A stretch of DNA of 64,000 bases from Octopus sinensis (Eukaryota). The notes beneath the pieces are model-generated. The model had not been told where the DNA came from, searched no databases, and was given only the letters and a program-made list of their open reading frames with translations. How positions within the stretch are numbered: the first letter of the stretch is position 1; every line of letters starts with the position of its first letter. The stretch covers positions 44,330,001 to 44,394,000 of the forward strand of contig NC_043002.1 in assembly GCF_006345805.1 (NCBI RefSeq). Direction: 5' to 3'. The position numbers and the translations under genes were made by a program. This document shows positions 37,090 to 53,109 of the stretch, in pieces.

Positions 37090-38790
37090 GTCGTTGATAG
37101 GATCGGTAAAACGAGATACTCAAGTAATACTTCATAGTAAGGATGGGTAAAGAAATCTAACACAGGTGGGGGCCTGATCAATTTAGCTCAATCGGAAGCT
37201 TTCGATAAGCTCCATTCCACTACTCGGCAGCTGTCCTCACATCAGCCGATATCGATTCTGTCAAGAGGGGTAGTGCCACTGCAGTGCATAGCGGTATCTG
37301 TTCAGTGTTTTGGATGAAAGGCCACATACCGGAACCATTCGGCATAGCACATTCTATCATGTCTCTTGTGAATGTACTAATTCCTGAGCCGCTACTGCAG
37401 AAGCAAAGAGACATGGAGAAGCAGGCCGCGCGAACTAGGTTGAGGAAGATCTTTATAAAACATATATGGACGACTGCATCTTCATGTTATGGCATTAAGC
37501 ACATCGACGTACTTTACACCATTCTGATGGAGTGAAAGGCGCTAGCAGGAATCCAAAACCATTAGCTAAATTGATGAGCATGAAACTTGGCATCTGGAGA
37601 GTAAGGTCCGAACAGTCCAACAACGTCAAAGAACGGTTAAGTTTGTCAGATGGTTTTGTCCTAGCCTCCAGATGGAGAAGAAGTGAAAGAAGGTGCCGGA
37701 TACAGTGGGCAGTCTCGTTCAGAAAAAGACCTATAGAAAGCTATCCCTGAAAAATTCGGCAAACGCAGCGAAGCCTAGATCTTCACCGTCTCTTACCGCC
37801 TGTCTGTTGTGCTTTTCCTCCATTCATAATTAACAGAACAAGATATGTCTATCTTCCATTCTTGTGAAAGGAACTTTTACCCCTGGCCAGACACACCATT
37901 TGTTGACCGCTGCATGGAAGACTGGGTATACAATGGTTGATGATGCACATGCATGCGCTGTGACTGCGGCATCTTCAGCGATTACTTGACTATGAACAAG
38001 TATGGTCTCCGCTAATCAGACGTATTTTTCGCCCAGTTTAGTTTCCTTCAAAGAGCAGCAGTTTTGACCAAGCAACAGCTGGGATATGGCGCTTGGCAAC
38101 TAGTATGTCATCAAGTGCTCTCAGTCCTCTGCCAGTCGGACAATGCGGTAGATGCAAGTTTCACATCATTTTGTTAAGGATTACTGGGTGTTTCTCGTAG
38201 TAGCACCAAAGGTTGATAAAAATCAACTAGATGGTATATACCGGAGGATTTTGTCTCGAGACTCAAGAATAATCTCCAGTAATCCTTGATCTGGAAATGT
38301 TACCGGAGTGGAAGGCATAGTAGTTGAAGATAAACAATACAAACTCGGCATTGCCGTTAGCAATACCTGTACTAGATGCTTTTAAGTAAATGAAGCCGTT
38401 CTGCACGCATTAATCGGTGCTCAGGTATCGTTGACATACTGAGTTATGTCAAACAGATATCGCACGCAGAGTAGTTCTGACGGATGTGAAAATCATCCTT
38501 GATTTCGTGGGATGGACAGGCAGTTGTTATCTATGTGGTAGCATTGGTGAAAGGAGTTGCATACTACAAGACACTTGAAAGTACCAGGGATAGACACATC
38601 CTCTGTAGCCATTCTGTTAGCGGCAGTTCCAAATTACAGTCGTAAAGGAATATGAAGATGCACAGAGAAAGGTTACATCCTAACAAGTTTGTTGAATGGT
38701 GGACAAGAGTGGCAGATGTTTCAGTGAATTGGTCTGCTCCAAGCATGCGCCTGTAGATTGAAGAAGGACAGCTGGATAAAGGCACTTTGA
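37090..38790 (+). mobile_element. Heavily decayed Tx1 ORF2 (RT and C-terminus)
   Basis: GGGLINLAQSEAFDK, KGHIPEPFGI, EPLLQK and TYMDD remnants; the C-terminus parallels 16700-17000. Confidence 0.65.
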
Positions 38791-38874
38791 CTTAGTGGCA
38801 CTCAAGTACTTCGACAAACTTCAAATTCGCCGACAAACTTCAAATTCGCTGGGCTTATGCTTCAATTAGAAATC

Positions 38875-38888
38875 ATTATTATTATTAA

Positions 38889-38952
<64 letters not shown>

Positions 38953-39420
38953 ATTATCATCATCATCATCATCATCATCATTATTATTATTATTATTAAT
39001 ATAATTATTGTTATTATTTATAACGCAGTGAGGTGGCAGAATCGTTAGGATGCCGGGCAAAATGCTTCGCGTGATTTTATGTCTTTACATTCTGAGTCCA
39101 AATTCCGCCGAGGTCCAATTTGCCTTTTGTCCATTCGGTGTTGATAAAATTGTGTACTGAGTCAATGTAATCGACCTTTCCCTCCCCACCAAATATCAGG
39201 CCTTGTGCCTACAGTAGAAAGGCTTATTATTATTTATGGTAACGTTTAAAGCAGAGGGCTGGCAGAATAGAATAGTTACCGAACCGAACAAAATGCGTAA
39301 CGGCATTTCTGGTTTTATGCATTGAGTTCAAATCGCTTCGAGTTCTTCTTTGGCTTTCATTATTTCGGTGTCGATAAAAGAATTACCAGTACAGGGGTCA
39401 CTGTAATCGACTAGCTCCGT
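38875..39420 (+). mobile_element. (TTA)/(TCA)n followed by two SINE B copies
   Basis: GGCAGAATCGTTAG..GTAATCGAC motifs at 39020-39225 and 39245-39420. Confidence 0.75.
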
Positions 39421-40412
39421 TCCACAAAGATCCATGTATTATACATATAGAAGAAATACATTATTATTATATTCAACGTCATTATCAGCCAATATAACGT
39501 CTGCATCCGTAGCTGCGTTATCATCATCAACATGCTTATCTTTTTCATCAGAATCATTGTATGTGAGTGACACTCATTGAAGCATTGAAGCATCGATATA
39601 TATATAAGTAAAGCATAAAATCTCAAAGAATTATTGTAAATTGGTGATAATTCGTATAAAATAGTGAAATTTAATATGCGAACAGATAAGTATATTCATG
39701 AATAAACAGGTATGAAATATAAATTGCTACGTTAATAAACGGAGAGAGTTTAGTTCTTTTTATAATTCCCACTATCATTCATCAAAAACAATTGATGTAT
39801 GTCTGTAGGCATTATTTTGATATATTATTTTGATATTAGATAAGGAAAATCTTTACGGTAAAGGAAATACAGAAACACAACTGATCGAGCTAAACTTAAA
39901 ACATCTTGAAAACAACATCATGAAAATGATTTTTAAAGTATTTTTGAAACCATAATTGTGAAAATATTTCACAAAATCAATAAAAGCCAAAACAATGGAA
40001 ACAATAATAGCTTCAAAGAATAAGAAACTGAGAAATAATCCTCAATGATAAAATAAAATAGAAAAGGATTTATGAGGTAGATTATTAAATTGATTGAGAA
40101 GTATAAATAAAACTTCATAATTGTCTGAGTATTAATTACTCGGTATCCAGCGTTTAATGTGGATAACAAAGTCTTTCTAAAGCTCAATATGTATAACTAG
40201 GGTTAGTATTTAACTCAAGTGTAGCGATGACATGATTATCATAGCAGATTAAGATAACGAAATCAGCTATACTTATAAGAAAAGGAAAAGTCGATTATTT
40301 CATTTACTTTGTTTTATTTTATTTTTTGTTTTGTTTTTTAAAAATCATAAATTGTTACAATATACATATATTATTATTATTATTATCATTATTATCATTA
40401 TTATCATTATTA

Positions 40413-40452
<40 letters not shown>

Positions 40453-40883
40453 TATTATTCCTTTTTGATACTGGACAATTCACTATTTTTCCAACATACT
40501 TCTGTATGTCCAGTATTATTTCTTCTACAGCGTTGTATAATGGCAGTAAAATTCAAAAATATAAATCGAAAAAGAAATAGAAAAAATTAGTCAATGGAAA
40601 TATATCGTGAGCATGCCTCCATTTTCGTGAAGATAGATTAACACATTGTTATGTCAGGATATAGAAGTATTCGTGTATCTCTTATGTCGTTAATGTTTTT
40701 CTTTAAAAGATGCATGGTCACCCTATTAGCTCTGCGGGATACCATCTTGTCTGTCAGTCCATTCGTAAAATTTAATTTTAGTTTATCTGGTACCCATCAC
40801 AGCCGCTTAATCAGGCATTGAAATATCCTATCACACAGGAAAAGAATTATTCACCTGCACCCATATTCGCACACACGCACACG

Positions 40884-40923
<40 letters not shown>

Positions 40924-41087
40924 CGCACACATGCACATATATACATGTGTGTGTGTGTGTGTATACATATAACTGAAGATACCTCTTGCTTTGTAGCATT
41001 CTGTAAAATCAATATTTTCCCACCCACGATATTTTTGCACACTTTTACACATACATTTTGTTCACACACACGCACACATATATAAAT

Positions 41088-41121
<34 letters not shown>

Positions 41122-41168
41122 ATATGCATATATATATATATATATATGCATATATATATATATATATA

Positions 41169-41216
<48 letters not shown>

Positions 41217-41220
41217 TATA

Positions 41221-41258
41221 TGTCCGATGAACGGCAACGGAAAACTCGGCGTAACAGG
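41221..41258 (+). ncRNA. Candidate minimal type I hammerhead ribozyme (degenerate)
   Basis: UGU CCGAUGA A CG-GCAA-CG GAAA(A) CUCGGCG UA ACAGG; the 5' part of stem I is cut off by (TA)n. Confidence 0.5.
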
Positions 41259-41421
41259 TTTTGCTGAATTTTATGTTGCTTTAAATAAAGTATGTATATA
41301 TATATATATATAACGAATGTGAGAATAAAATTCTTTTCGAAAAAAATAAATATTTTCTCGAAAAAAATTTTATCAATGCCCAGCATATTAAAAAATACCT
41401 TTAACGGTTAAATTTATAAAC

Positions 41422-41728
41422 AATTCATAAATGAGAGCAAAGGAAAACATTTCTAATACCAAATATGCCGAAAAATTGGACATATCGTCCATTAACCATA
41501 TAATTTTTCACAATACGCACGCTACTCGAAAAAAGGTCGACAGAAATTTCTAAAGAAATCCATTATTACCAGTCCGATATGGTAATAATGTAATTTTTTA
41601 GAAATTTCTGTCGACCTTTTTTCGAGTAGCGTGCGTATTGTGAAAAAATTGTATGGTTAATGGACAATATGTCCAATTTTTCGGCATATTTGGCATTAGA
41701 AATTTTCGTTTGCCCTCATTTATGAATT
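41422..41728. repeat. 307 bp near-perfect palindrome (150 bp arms, 8 nt loop)
   Basis: Arm 41422-41571, loop GTCCGATA, arm 41580-41728. Confidence 0.93.
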
Positions 41729-41748
41729 ATATATATATATATATATAT

Positions 41749-42796
<1,048 letters not shown>

Positions 42797-43522
42797 GTAT
42801 GTGTGTATGTATGTATCTCGGTGTACGGCAAACGATACTGAAAACTTTAAAATAGCGTTTTCGGTGACATAATGTAGTGGTATGATCATAGACGCATTCA
42901 AATTATTACAGATATCACATAGTTCAGGTAAGTAACAAAACAAACTTGCTATTATAAGTAATCATCAAATTTTAAGTACATTTTTGTGTTTATCTGTTTT
43001 TTAATATATATTTGGGTTTTTAGTAACGTTACTTTATTTGGTATTTTATGTTTTATGTCTGTTTGAGTCTATATGTTACTCAATATAGAGAGAATGCTAA
43101 AAATAAAATATAAGTATCAAACAATGGAAAGCGACGTAATCCACCAGTGCTATCAAATCCACTCACCTGATGGCGTGCCAGTAAACAGCTGCTGGATCAT
43201 ACTTCTGTGTATAAAATTTTTATTATAGCATAATATGGAAAAATCAGCAACTAATAACTTTTAGTAGTGCACATAAACAATTGTGGTAAATGGTGATTAA
43301 AGCCTGTTCATTCAATCTTCTTCTTGTAAATATTTATATAAATTCTGCAAACACTAACAGATTTACATATATATATGCAGTGAAAAGAATAATCCTGCTG
43401 CATGATGGCATAACATAGCTGATAACCGTATAGAAGCATTGAAATGTACGTTATTGGGTTACTATATATATATTTTTTTCTCTAGTTTCAGCTGAGAGCT
43501 GCGGCCATGCTGATGCACCGCC

Positions 43523-43575
<53 letters not shown>

Positions 43576-43599
43576 ATATATATTATATATATATATATA

Positions 43600-44602
43600 T
43601 ACAAAAATGGGACAAGAACGCAAAACATCCAGACAGTTAGGTGAAACAAAAGAGAGACAACAAAGTACCCAGACAGACGATACAAAAAAATCAAGGACAG
43701 ATCATTCGGAGTTTTCAATCCTCAGTCGAGTTCCAGATTATCATTGCAATTTCGGCTAGCTATACTTGAGATTGCTCCAATTTGGCCAGTCCCAAGGAAA
43801 AAATAAGCGAAGACCATTAGATTCCTTGGAAGCAGCGAATGTATACTAAAACAAGGACGAAAAAATAGAAATAACAGGACATTACAACAGGTTTCTTTCA
43901 ACTAAGGAGGAATTAAATTAAGCTGGCGTGTATGGAAGTAAAGCCTTACGGCAGGGACAAGAGTTTTAACAAGCACTAGAAGGAATATAGATGTTTCACA
44001 GATGGTAGTCGAACTAAGAAAGAAATGTCAAGCCTGGCCGAACACTGGGCAAGTGGGGAGAGAAGAGAGATAGAGGCAGAGGGATAGAAATATTGAGGAG
44101 GGGCGAGAAAAAAATGAAAGAGACACCGTGAAGTGAAAGAGAAAAGTGAGCATGAAGAGAAGGCCAGGAAATGAGAGAGGGCTGATAAAAAGAAGGAAGG
44201 AATACAAATAATAATAGAGTCGTACAAAATTTATATATATACTTACATATAAGAGACCCACCACGCCAGCTTAATTTAATTCGTCCTTAGTCGAAGGATA
44301 CCTGTTGTCATGTATTGTTATTTGTATTTGTGTAACATTTGTCTGTTTTTTCCGTCCTTTTTTCGTATACATTCGCTGCTTTCTTCCAAAGAATCTAATG
44401 CTCTTCGCTTATGGCCAGATTGGAGCAATCTCGAGTGTAACCAGCGGAAATTGCAGTATAACCAGCCGATAATCTGGAACTCGATAGAAAACTCCGAATG
44501 ATCCGTTCTTGTTTTCCTTGTATCCTCTGTCTGGATATTTTGTTGTCCTTTTTTTCTTTCATATTACTGTCTGGATGTTTACGTTCTTGTCCCATTTTTG
44601 TA
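43600..44602. mobile_element. Inverted pair of a non-coding repeat (arms ~43600-43930 and 44262-44602) embedded in (TA)n
   Basis: ACAAAAATGGGACAAGAACG..AATTAAATTAAGCTGGCGTG occurs in both orientations; both outer ends abut TA repeats. Confidence 0.8.
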
Positions 44603-44644
44603 TATTTTTATATATATAATATAGCGGCGTAGGTACACTTTGGT

Positions 44645-44715
<71 letters not shown>

Positions 44716-45375
44716 ATATGTGTGTGTGTGTGTGTGTACCGTTATGATATATTCTGTTAAGACCGTAGTAGAGTAGAGTATAAAGCTCGTTCACCATCAG
44801 ATTTCGCGCTGTGCTCTCCAATAGTAGTATTTTAGGTTCTTCGAGATTTGTGTTTGGGCATCTGTTGTGTGTGAATCGATAGCTGAAACAATTTGGAGTC
44901 AACAAGAATTATGGTTGGACATATATTTTCTATCACTACAGTTGTTTCTACACAATGTAGTTCTCTTGGCTTGCAGGTACTTCATTATGCAACAGTTTCC
45001 GTGCATTATGAGATCTAGTTGTGTTTCCTCGAAATATTTTCTCCGTAAGTTCAAATTTTCGGCTTCAAGAATATCTTCTCTGCCTGTAGTGACCTCAGTT
45101 TAGTAGTAGTCACTGAATTTATCAAGGTGTGTCTTTACTGAAAGATCGATGGAAAACTTCTTTGAATTTGTAGATGCAGTGGGAGGGTGATTCTGCTACA
45201 GTTAAAGTGGTTGCCGTCTTAAAGCAATTGGCATTTAATTTTTATGTACTGTTGATTTGTTCTTTATAGTTGACTTCAAACGCAATTGTCCTTAGCTGAC
45301 CTTTAAGAATCAGATTATTACTTCCATATACGTATTGACGCTCGGATACATACATACATGCACACACACATACAT

Positions 45376-46620
<1,245 letters not shown>

Positions 46621-46666
46621 CTATGGTAATTTATTGAGTCACACAATCTCCCACAACATATATACT

Positions 46667-46700
<34 letters not shown>

Positions 46701-47379
46701 CAAAATACATACACATATACATGCATATGCATGCATACTTATACACGCATATATACATAAATACTCATATACACATATTACATGCATACATATACACACG
46801 CATACATATACTACATACACACACACACTCATATATATACAGACACATTCGCGCGCGCGCATGTATATATACATATATATGCATACAAGTGTGTGAATCC
46901 GAGTGGAGAATATGCTGAATAAAATCATGATTAACTGATGTGACTGTGTGTTCTTGTCTTTTACACAGTCATGAACTTTTCAGCACCCCTTCGTACACAA
47001 CTGTATAGTACTTCCTTTATATATAAAAAAAATTGGTATGAAAGAGTGCATAATCACACTAGTGTATGTATCTTTGATTACCCAGACAGTGTTTAGTTGA
47101 TGTTTTCATGTAGATTCTAAATTTTTGTAATAGTAATTCGTGCAACTTCAGCATTAACTTTGTTCAGGTTTGTTGTGTATTTTTTAATAAAATATTCTAC
47201 TTTGGCTCTTCAAAACAGTTCATTTGCAGCCTATATTTTTTTAAATGGGAATATTTTGAATTATGTTTTTTTTTGCTACTCTTTTTCCAAAATGTTCATA
47301 TTTTCTGTTTATAATGGAGTGGTCATGAATTTGGTTGCTTATGCATTTACCCTCATTTAATGAAATATATATTTCTCTA

Positions 47380-48610
47380 ATCCAGTATTCTTCGCGTTGT
47401 AGGCACGTGATATCAGGTTTCTGGATTTGCGATTCATATCTCCACTGATTTTAAAACATTGTTGCTTTTAAATGTGATTATTATCCTTCTTCAATGCACA
47501 TTTTTGAACACTCTTTGTTGCTTCTTGTGCTACCTTGCTTTAGCTAAAAGTAATTTTGGTTTGGATTCCTGGCATCTGCTATAAATAATTTCTGATTCTG
47601 TCATAACTTTATTCATATTTCAGGACTGTCGATTTGGGAGATATCTTTTAGAAGTATTAAGATTGTTGCTATTTCTTGGGTTGTTGGTGACGAAAACGAG
47701 AATGTATATGAGTTAATTTTCATTTTTATATTTTTGTTCTCTAGTAGGTAAATTTTTCACTTTGTTAATAGCCGGGCCAATAAGTCTAGTAGGGTTTCTT
47801 TGCTCTTCTAGGAACGTATTTAAGTCTTGTAGTCATTTATCCCTAAATATTGTGACTATTACAATAATGCGAACTCGTTGTGCCATAATAAAGGGCATGT
47901 TTTTTTAAGGTGAAAGATGGAAGGAATGAAATTTCAAGTACTGGTGTGTGCCTGTAGGTTTATTGAAAAGCTATTTTATATTGTAATTCTCTTGTATTAC
48001 ATTGTGATTCTCAAGTATTACATTCAATCCTTCTAAAATAAAGTTGTTTGAGAATCTTTCCTTAATATGGTCTGTGTGTTTTGTCGACCACAAATTCACA
48101 GATTCAATTCATATGTCGTGTGGAATATTGGTGTAAAAACTATTTCAAATATTGATGTAAAATCTAGTATCAAATATAACAGAATTGTCTTCAGGTACGT
48201 AATTCAGAAAGACCGTATCATGTTGGACATAGCTTGGCACCATTTTGTATAAAAGATTTAGAATTACATCTATTAGGTATCCAAGGCGCTGCCCACTTGA
48301 TTGTGGTCCTGCAATGAATTGGACGTAGTTTGAAGTCAATAGGCTTTGGAATTTCAGCACATGCTGTATTTTTTCCTTTTATATTATCTTGATTTTCTGT
48401 TGCTTTATGGATTTTATTTAGTCCATAGAATATAACGCTCTTTACTTAGAAGTTCGTTTTGTAATCGACCTCATATTCTCTAAGGCTACTTCAATGTTTT
48501 GAGGCGAGTGCTTTTATTTTGTTCATAGTATTTTTATCTACCTTTTTAGTTAGCTTCATGTAGAAACGTTGGTTAAGTTCTTCCAAAATCATGTAATTGC
48601 GATTGCAATT
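47380..48610 (-). mobile_element. Penelope-like element RT/thumb remnant with internal deletion
   Basis: FYGLNKIHK, IAGPQSS..RL, PSYV..D..FLNY, FYTNIPHD, ERFSNNFILEGL and KPTGTHQYLKFHS remnants. Confidence 0.75.
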
Positions 48611-48795
48611 GTTTCCTCCATAATTACGATTGCTCCTCCATCATCAAATAATTTTTTTTAATTTCGAAGATTCTTTTTCTAAATTTTTAAAACTTATAGG
48701 TAGTGTTAAATATGTTAGATTTACATTTTCTGTGTATGTGTATATGTGTGCCTATTATATAAATATATATATGTATATATATGTGTATATATATA

Positions 48796-48854
<59 letters not shown>

Positions 48855-48945
48855 CATATATTTATACATATATTCATACATATATATATGTATGTATGTA
48901 TGCACGTGTGTATGTATGTATGTATGTATGTATGTATGTATGTAT

Positions 48946-50790
48946 GCAAAAGGCAATCTTCAACAAAATAAGGGAAAGGCTACAGCAGAGCGATAGCGAC
49001 ATTATTTGAAACCTTAAAAAGGTTGATCAGTGAAATTGAACAAAGAAACGAAAAATGTCAATGAAATTCTGAAATACATCAAAACGGAAAACATCACAGA
49101 AACAAATAATTTAATTAAGGCAGCAAGAATTGTTGTAGAAGAAAATGTGGGTGTTGATGTCAAGAAAAAGAAATATAATGGGAGTGACAAAAGAAAAGAT
49201 CCATGGTGGAAAAGAAGAATACAGGCGAGATTAGAAATGCTCTCGAAGGACATTTTTTTTCGTCAGGTCCAAAAGAAAAGGGGGAGCTTAAATGCGAATA
49301 AAAATATAGGGCGCTTAACAGGAAATATAATATTGAAAGAAAGGACCTGAAAGTGGCAATGGAGAAACTGAAACAACGCCTCGTTGCAAAGAAGACAAAA
49401 ATGGTAAGATACGACCAAAGAATGAAGGGTTGCCAGCAGAATAGGTTATTCAGAGTAGATCAGAAGAGATTCTACAAAGAAATAAATGCAGAGTGTACAG
49501 AGGAAAGTTGGTACCAGATAACATTGAAAGTCAAAGGTTTGGAGTGACATCTGGGGCAAAGACAAGGGGCACAAGAAGGATGCTGAATGGTTGCAAGAAT
49601 TGAAACAAACAGTATTCTGTCCAAAACAGGCAGAACTAGTGATCTCGGTTAAGGAAGTGAAGGAAATCAACAAAAAATGGGCAACGGGAAGGCTCTGGGA
49701 CTAGATGGAGTTCAAGGCTACTGGATGAAAAGATTTGGTGAATATCAACCACGTATAGCGGCACAATTCCTCACCTTGTTAAATACCGACCAAGCAGCAC
49801 CAGAGTGGTTGTCAATGGCTAGGAAAGTGGTGTGCTTGAAAAACATTGTAAATGGCAATGCGGTAGACAATTACAGGCCGATATCCTGCTTGCTACTTAT
49901 GTGGAAATTGACTGGAATATTTACAGAATCAATGTACGGACATCTGGATAAAATGGAGTCCTGCCACATGAGAAGAAGGGTTGCAAGTGTAAGGGCAGAG
50001 GTACCAAAGATCAACTCCTAGTAGACAGACATGTACTTAGAGACTTCAAGAGGAGGAAAAACTAATTTAGACCTATCATGGATCGATTATCGCAAGGCGT
50101 ACGATATGATCCTACATTCGTAGATTATGGAATGTATAAACTTGTTTGGCATTGCATCTAATATTGAGTGAATGCTTGGAAAAAGTATGGCGAAGTGGAG
50201 GTCAGAACTGACAGCATATGGAAAAAGTTTAGGGACAACAGCAATCGCCAGAAAATGGAGTCCTACCACATGAGCAGAAGGGCTGCAAGCGTAAGTGCAG
50301 AGGTACCAAAGACGAACTCCTAGAAAAGTCAGTACACGCCAGAAAAGTCACAAGAAATGAGAAAGCAACCCTATTCTGGCATATGCCAAAACACTTAGAG
50401 AAATTAAGGCCAATAGGACAGATATAGTTGTTAGAGATCACCAAGAACAAAATATGCTTTCTAATCGATGTATCAATACCAACACATGACAAAGCTTCTC
50501 TTAAAAAGCGGATAAACTTTCAAAATACAAAGATTTGGAAATAGAATGTGGAGTCTAGAAACAGAAACAATTACAATCGCAGTAGACGCATTAACTACAT
50601 AAGAAAATCACTACAACTAGCTAATATATACAACATATATAGATAGCAATTCTAGGCACCGCACACATCCTATGTAAAGCACTTTCAATATAGTAAAAAT
50701 AAGGACATCACAACAAACTACAACAGATACCCAAGGCACACAGAGCGGCGATTGGCAGTGCCGTGAAAGCACATGATAAAAATATGACTA

Positions 50791-50792
<2 letters not shown>
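48946..50792 (+). mobile_element. R4/Dong-type element, decayed, RT partly deleted
   Basis: PWWKRRIQ, GLDGVQGYWMK, NYRPISCL, WIDYRKAYD and RPIG.DI..LIDVSIP; shared 3' UTR then (TAA)n. Confidence 0.85.
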
Positions 50793-50872
<80 letters not shown>

Positions 50873-50900
50873 GTAATAATATTATTATTATTATTATTAA

Positions 50901-50958
<58 letters not shown>

Positions 50959-51499
50959 AAAATCAGGTAAAATCATTTGTTTACTTCTTTTGCATGTAGA
51001 ATAACAGTATGGCAATGTTTGTTAATTTGTTTTCTTTTTCGCATCAAATTTCAGATGATAGGTTATATTTCTACTTTGTTTTACTTATATCTCTAACGTT
51101 GAAAACTTGCTGGTGTTTTGGCGATGTACTCGCTGAATCCATCTCTCGCTACCTATAACGGAAATCTTGACAAAGATTGTGCTAAAGATGATAAAAATAG
51201 TGATAGTCATAGTAACGGTGAAGTTTGTAGTGATAGTGAGTATAAACTTAGAAGTGTTAGTAACATGTAATTGCAATAGTAGCCGTGATGAGGATGGTGA
51301 TAATAATTATTATAAGTAGAGTTATTATAATGCTGATAAAGAAAATGAAGATAGATGTGTTAGATCAAGCAGTGATGGTGGGAACTGAGGAGTAGGAGGT
51401 TTTGTAGTTTTATATTTTGTGCTTGCATTATTGTGTTGGTCTAGAGAGAGTGTCTTGCGAGCATCTGGTATTAATGAGTGTATCTTGTAATTTGGTTTA

Positions 51500-52830
51500 G
51501 AATAAATGCTGCAATGGCCGGGTCGTCAGGAACTAAAGCGCCAAACCCACAAAGAGTTCTCAGCGAAGGGTATGGTCCCGTTGAAGGGCAGATGAACTCA
51601 TGAGAGTTAACAGCTATTCATCAGAGTGTATATGAGGGTAGGTTTGGACTCACTGAGCCATGGTTGGCAATGCAACGTGTGATAGTGTTGTGATAAAAAT
51701 AAGGCGGCGAGCTGGCAGAAACGTTAGCACGCCGGGCGAAATGCGTAGCCGTATTTCGTCTGCCGTTACGTTCTGAGTTCAAATTCCGTCGAGGTCGACT
51801 TTGCCTTTCATCCTTTCGGGATCGATTAAATAAGTACCAGTTACGCACTGGGGTCGATGTAATCGACTTAATCCGTTTGTCTGTCCTTGTTTGTCCCCTG
51901 TGTGTTTAGCCCCTTGTGGGTAGTAAAGAAATAGGTGTTATGATAAAAATACTGGTGATTGCCTCCTTATAAATATTACCTCAAAATGAGTGACGTCAAA
52001 TTCAAGTAATAATCTTAACTGCGTAAACGGGACCAGAACTGCTAACAAGTAAGTTGTTGTGCACGACAAGCAAAGAGTGTCTGATAATGTACGGTAAGTC
52101 GTCATCAAACCATTGATCAGGACCAGAATCGAAGTCAAAAGTGCAAATGGAAAAACATGAAATGGGAAAAAATAGGTAAACATGATTGTGATTGTATGTT
52201 ACTGAGAAGTGAACCAATTAAAAGAGGTTTCATGAAATGAATGAAGGGAATATGAGATAAAAGGAAGGTTTTGAAGCTTCTTACCAACGATTTATAAACC
52301 AGGGAAGGGTAGTCGTATAAACGATTGGTTTACAAGATCGGAGTTTGAAGAAATTCACAGAAGAATAAGAAAATAAACAGGAAGAGAGTGGAACAACATT
52401 AGCAGAAAGTGGTAATGAAGGGATAAGAGATGAAGAAAATTAAGAGAAAAATCGCCATGTGCTTGAGAATGCCTAAGAAGTAAATAGTGAAGCTAATTTA
52501 GCTGGACAAGTAGCAGTAAGTGTTGCACAAGAGTGGATGATGAAGAAAAGGAGATTCTAGAAATGGTGCGCATGAAAATGCAAGGTACGACCAATGGAGT
52601 TTCATAAAATGTAAGGTATATGGACAGAAGAAAATTAAGGAGCCACATTCAAAATAAATGCCATTTTTGAGCTTGACTACAAAACCATTCATTAAAGAAA
52701 CAAACCAGCTACTGCTAATGTTTTAGCTGACATAAGAGGAAGACTGTTGAAGAAGAGGACGGGGAAGTAAAACAAGGAACTAAATAGGAGGAAGAGGATG
52801 CGAATGCAGCTGCTAAAAATACGGGTAAAA
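51500..52830 (+). mobile_element. Old R4/Dong-type 5' ORF remnant interrupted by a SINE
   Basis: KRGFMK, QRFINQGRVV..DWFTRSEFEEI and TETNQLL remnants. Confidence 0.5.
51702..51934 (+). mobile_element. SINE family B, full length
   Basis: 17 bp TSD GTGTT(G/A)TGATAAAAATA (51685-51701, 51935-51951); tRNA-like B box GAGTTCAAATTCC. Confidence 0.93.
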
Positions 52831-53109
52831 CTGGGGAAATTGAATAAGTTAATGATACAACTGAAAAATTAGGTAATAATCAAAAAATTGAATGGGCAAT
52901 ACAGGCTAGTAAAAAGGTCGCAATCAAATGACTGAAAAGTGAAGAAAAACAATAGTTTGGCAAAACCAAAGCAACTAAAAAGCTTCAGAATTCCCCAGCG
53001 TTATGAAAAATTAAGACTATTATGGAAATAAAAAATTAAATAAACTGAAGGTTTATTTACCATGTTTCAAGAGACAAGTCCATTTAATTGCTGTGTCATA
53101 ATTTGATAA

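Noticed and set aside
38812-38849. 19 bp direct repeat x2
   Set aside because: Simple slippage duplication with no spacers; there is no CRISPR array in the window.
43695-43735. CUGAGGA..UCCGAAU on the minus strand
   Set aside because: The core and stem II overlap, GAAA is absent, and the other arm lacks it.
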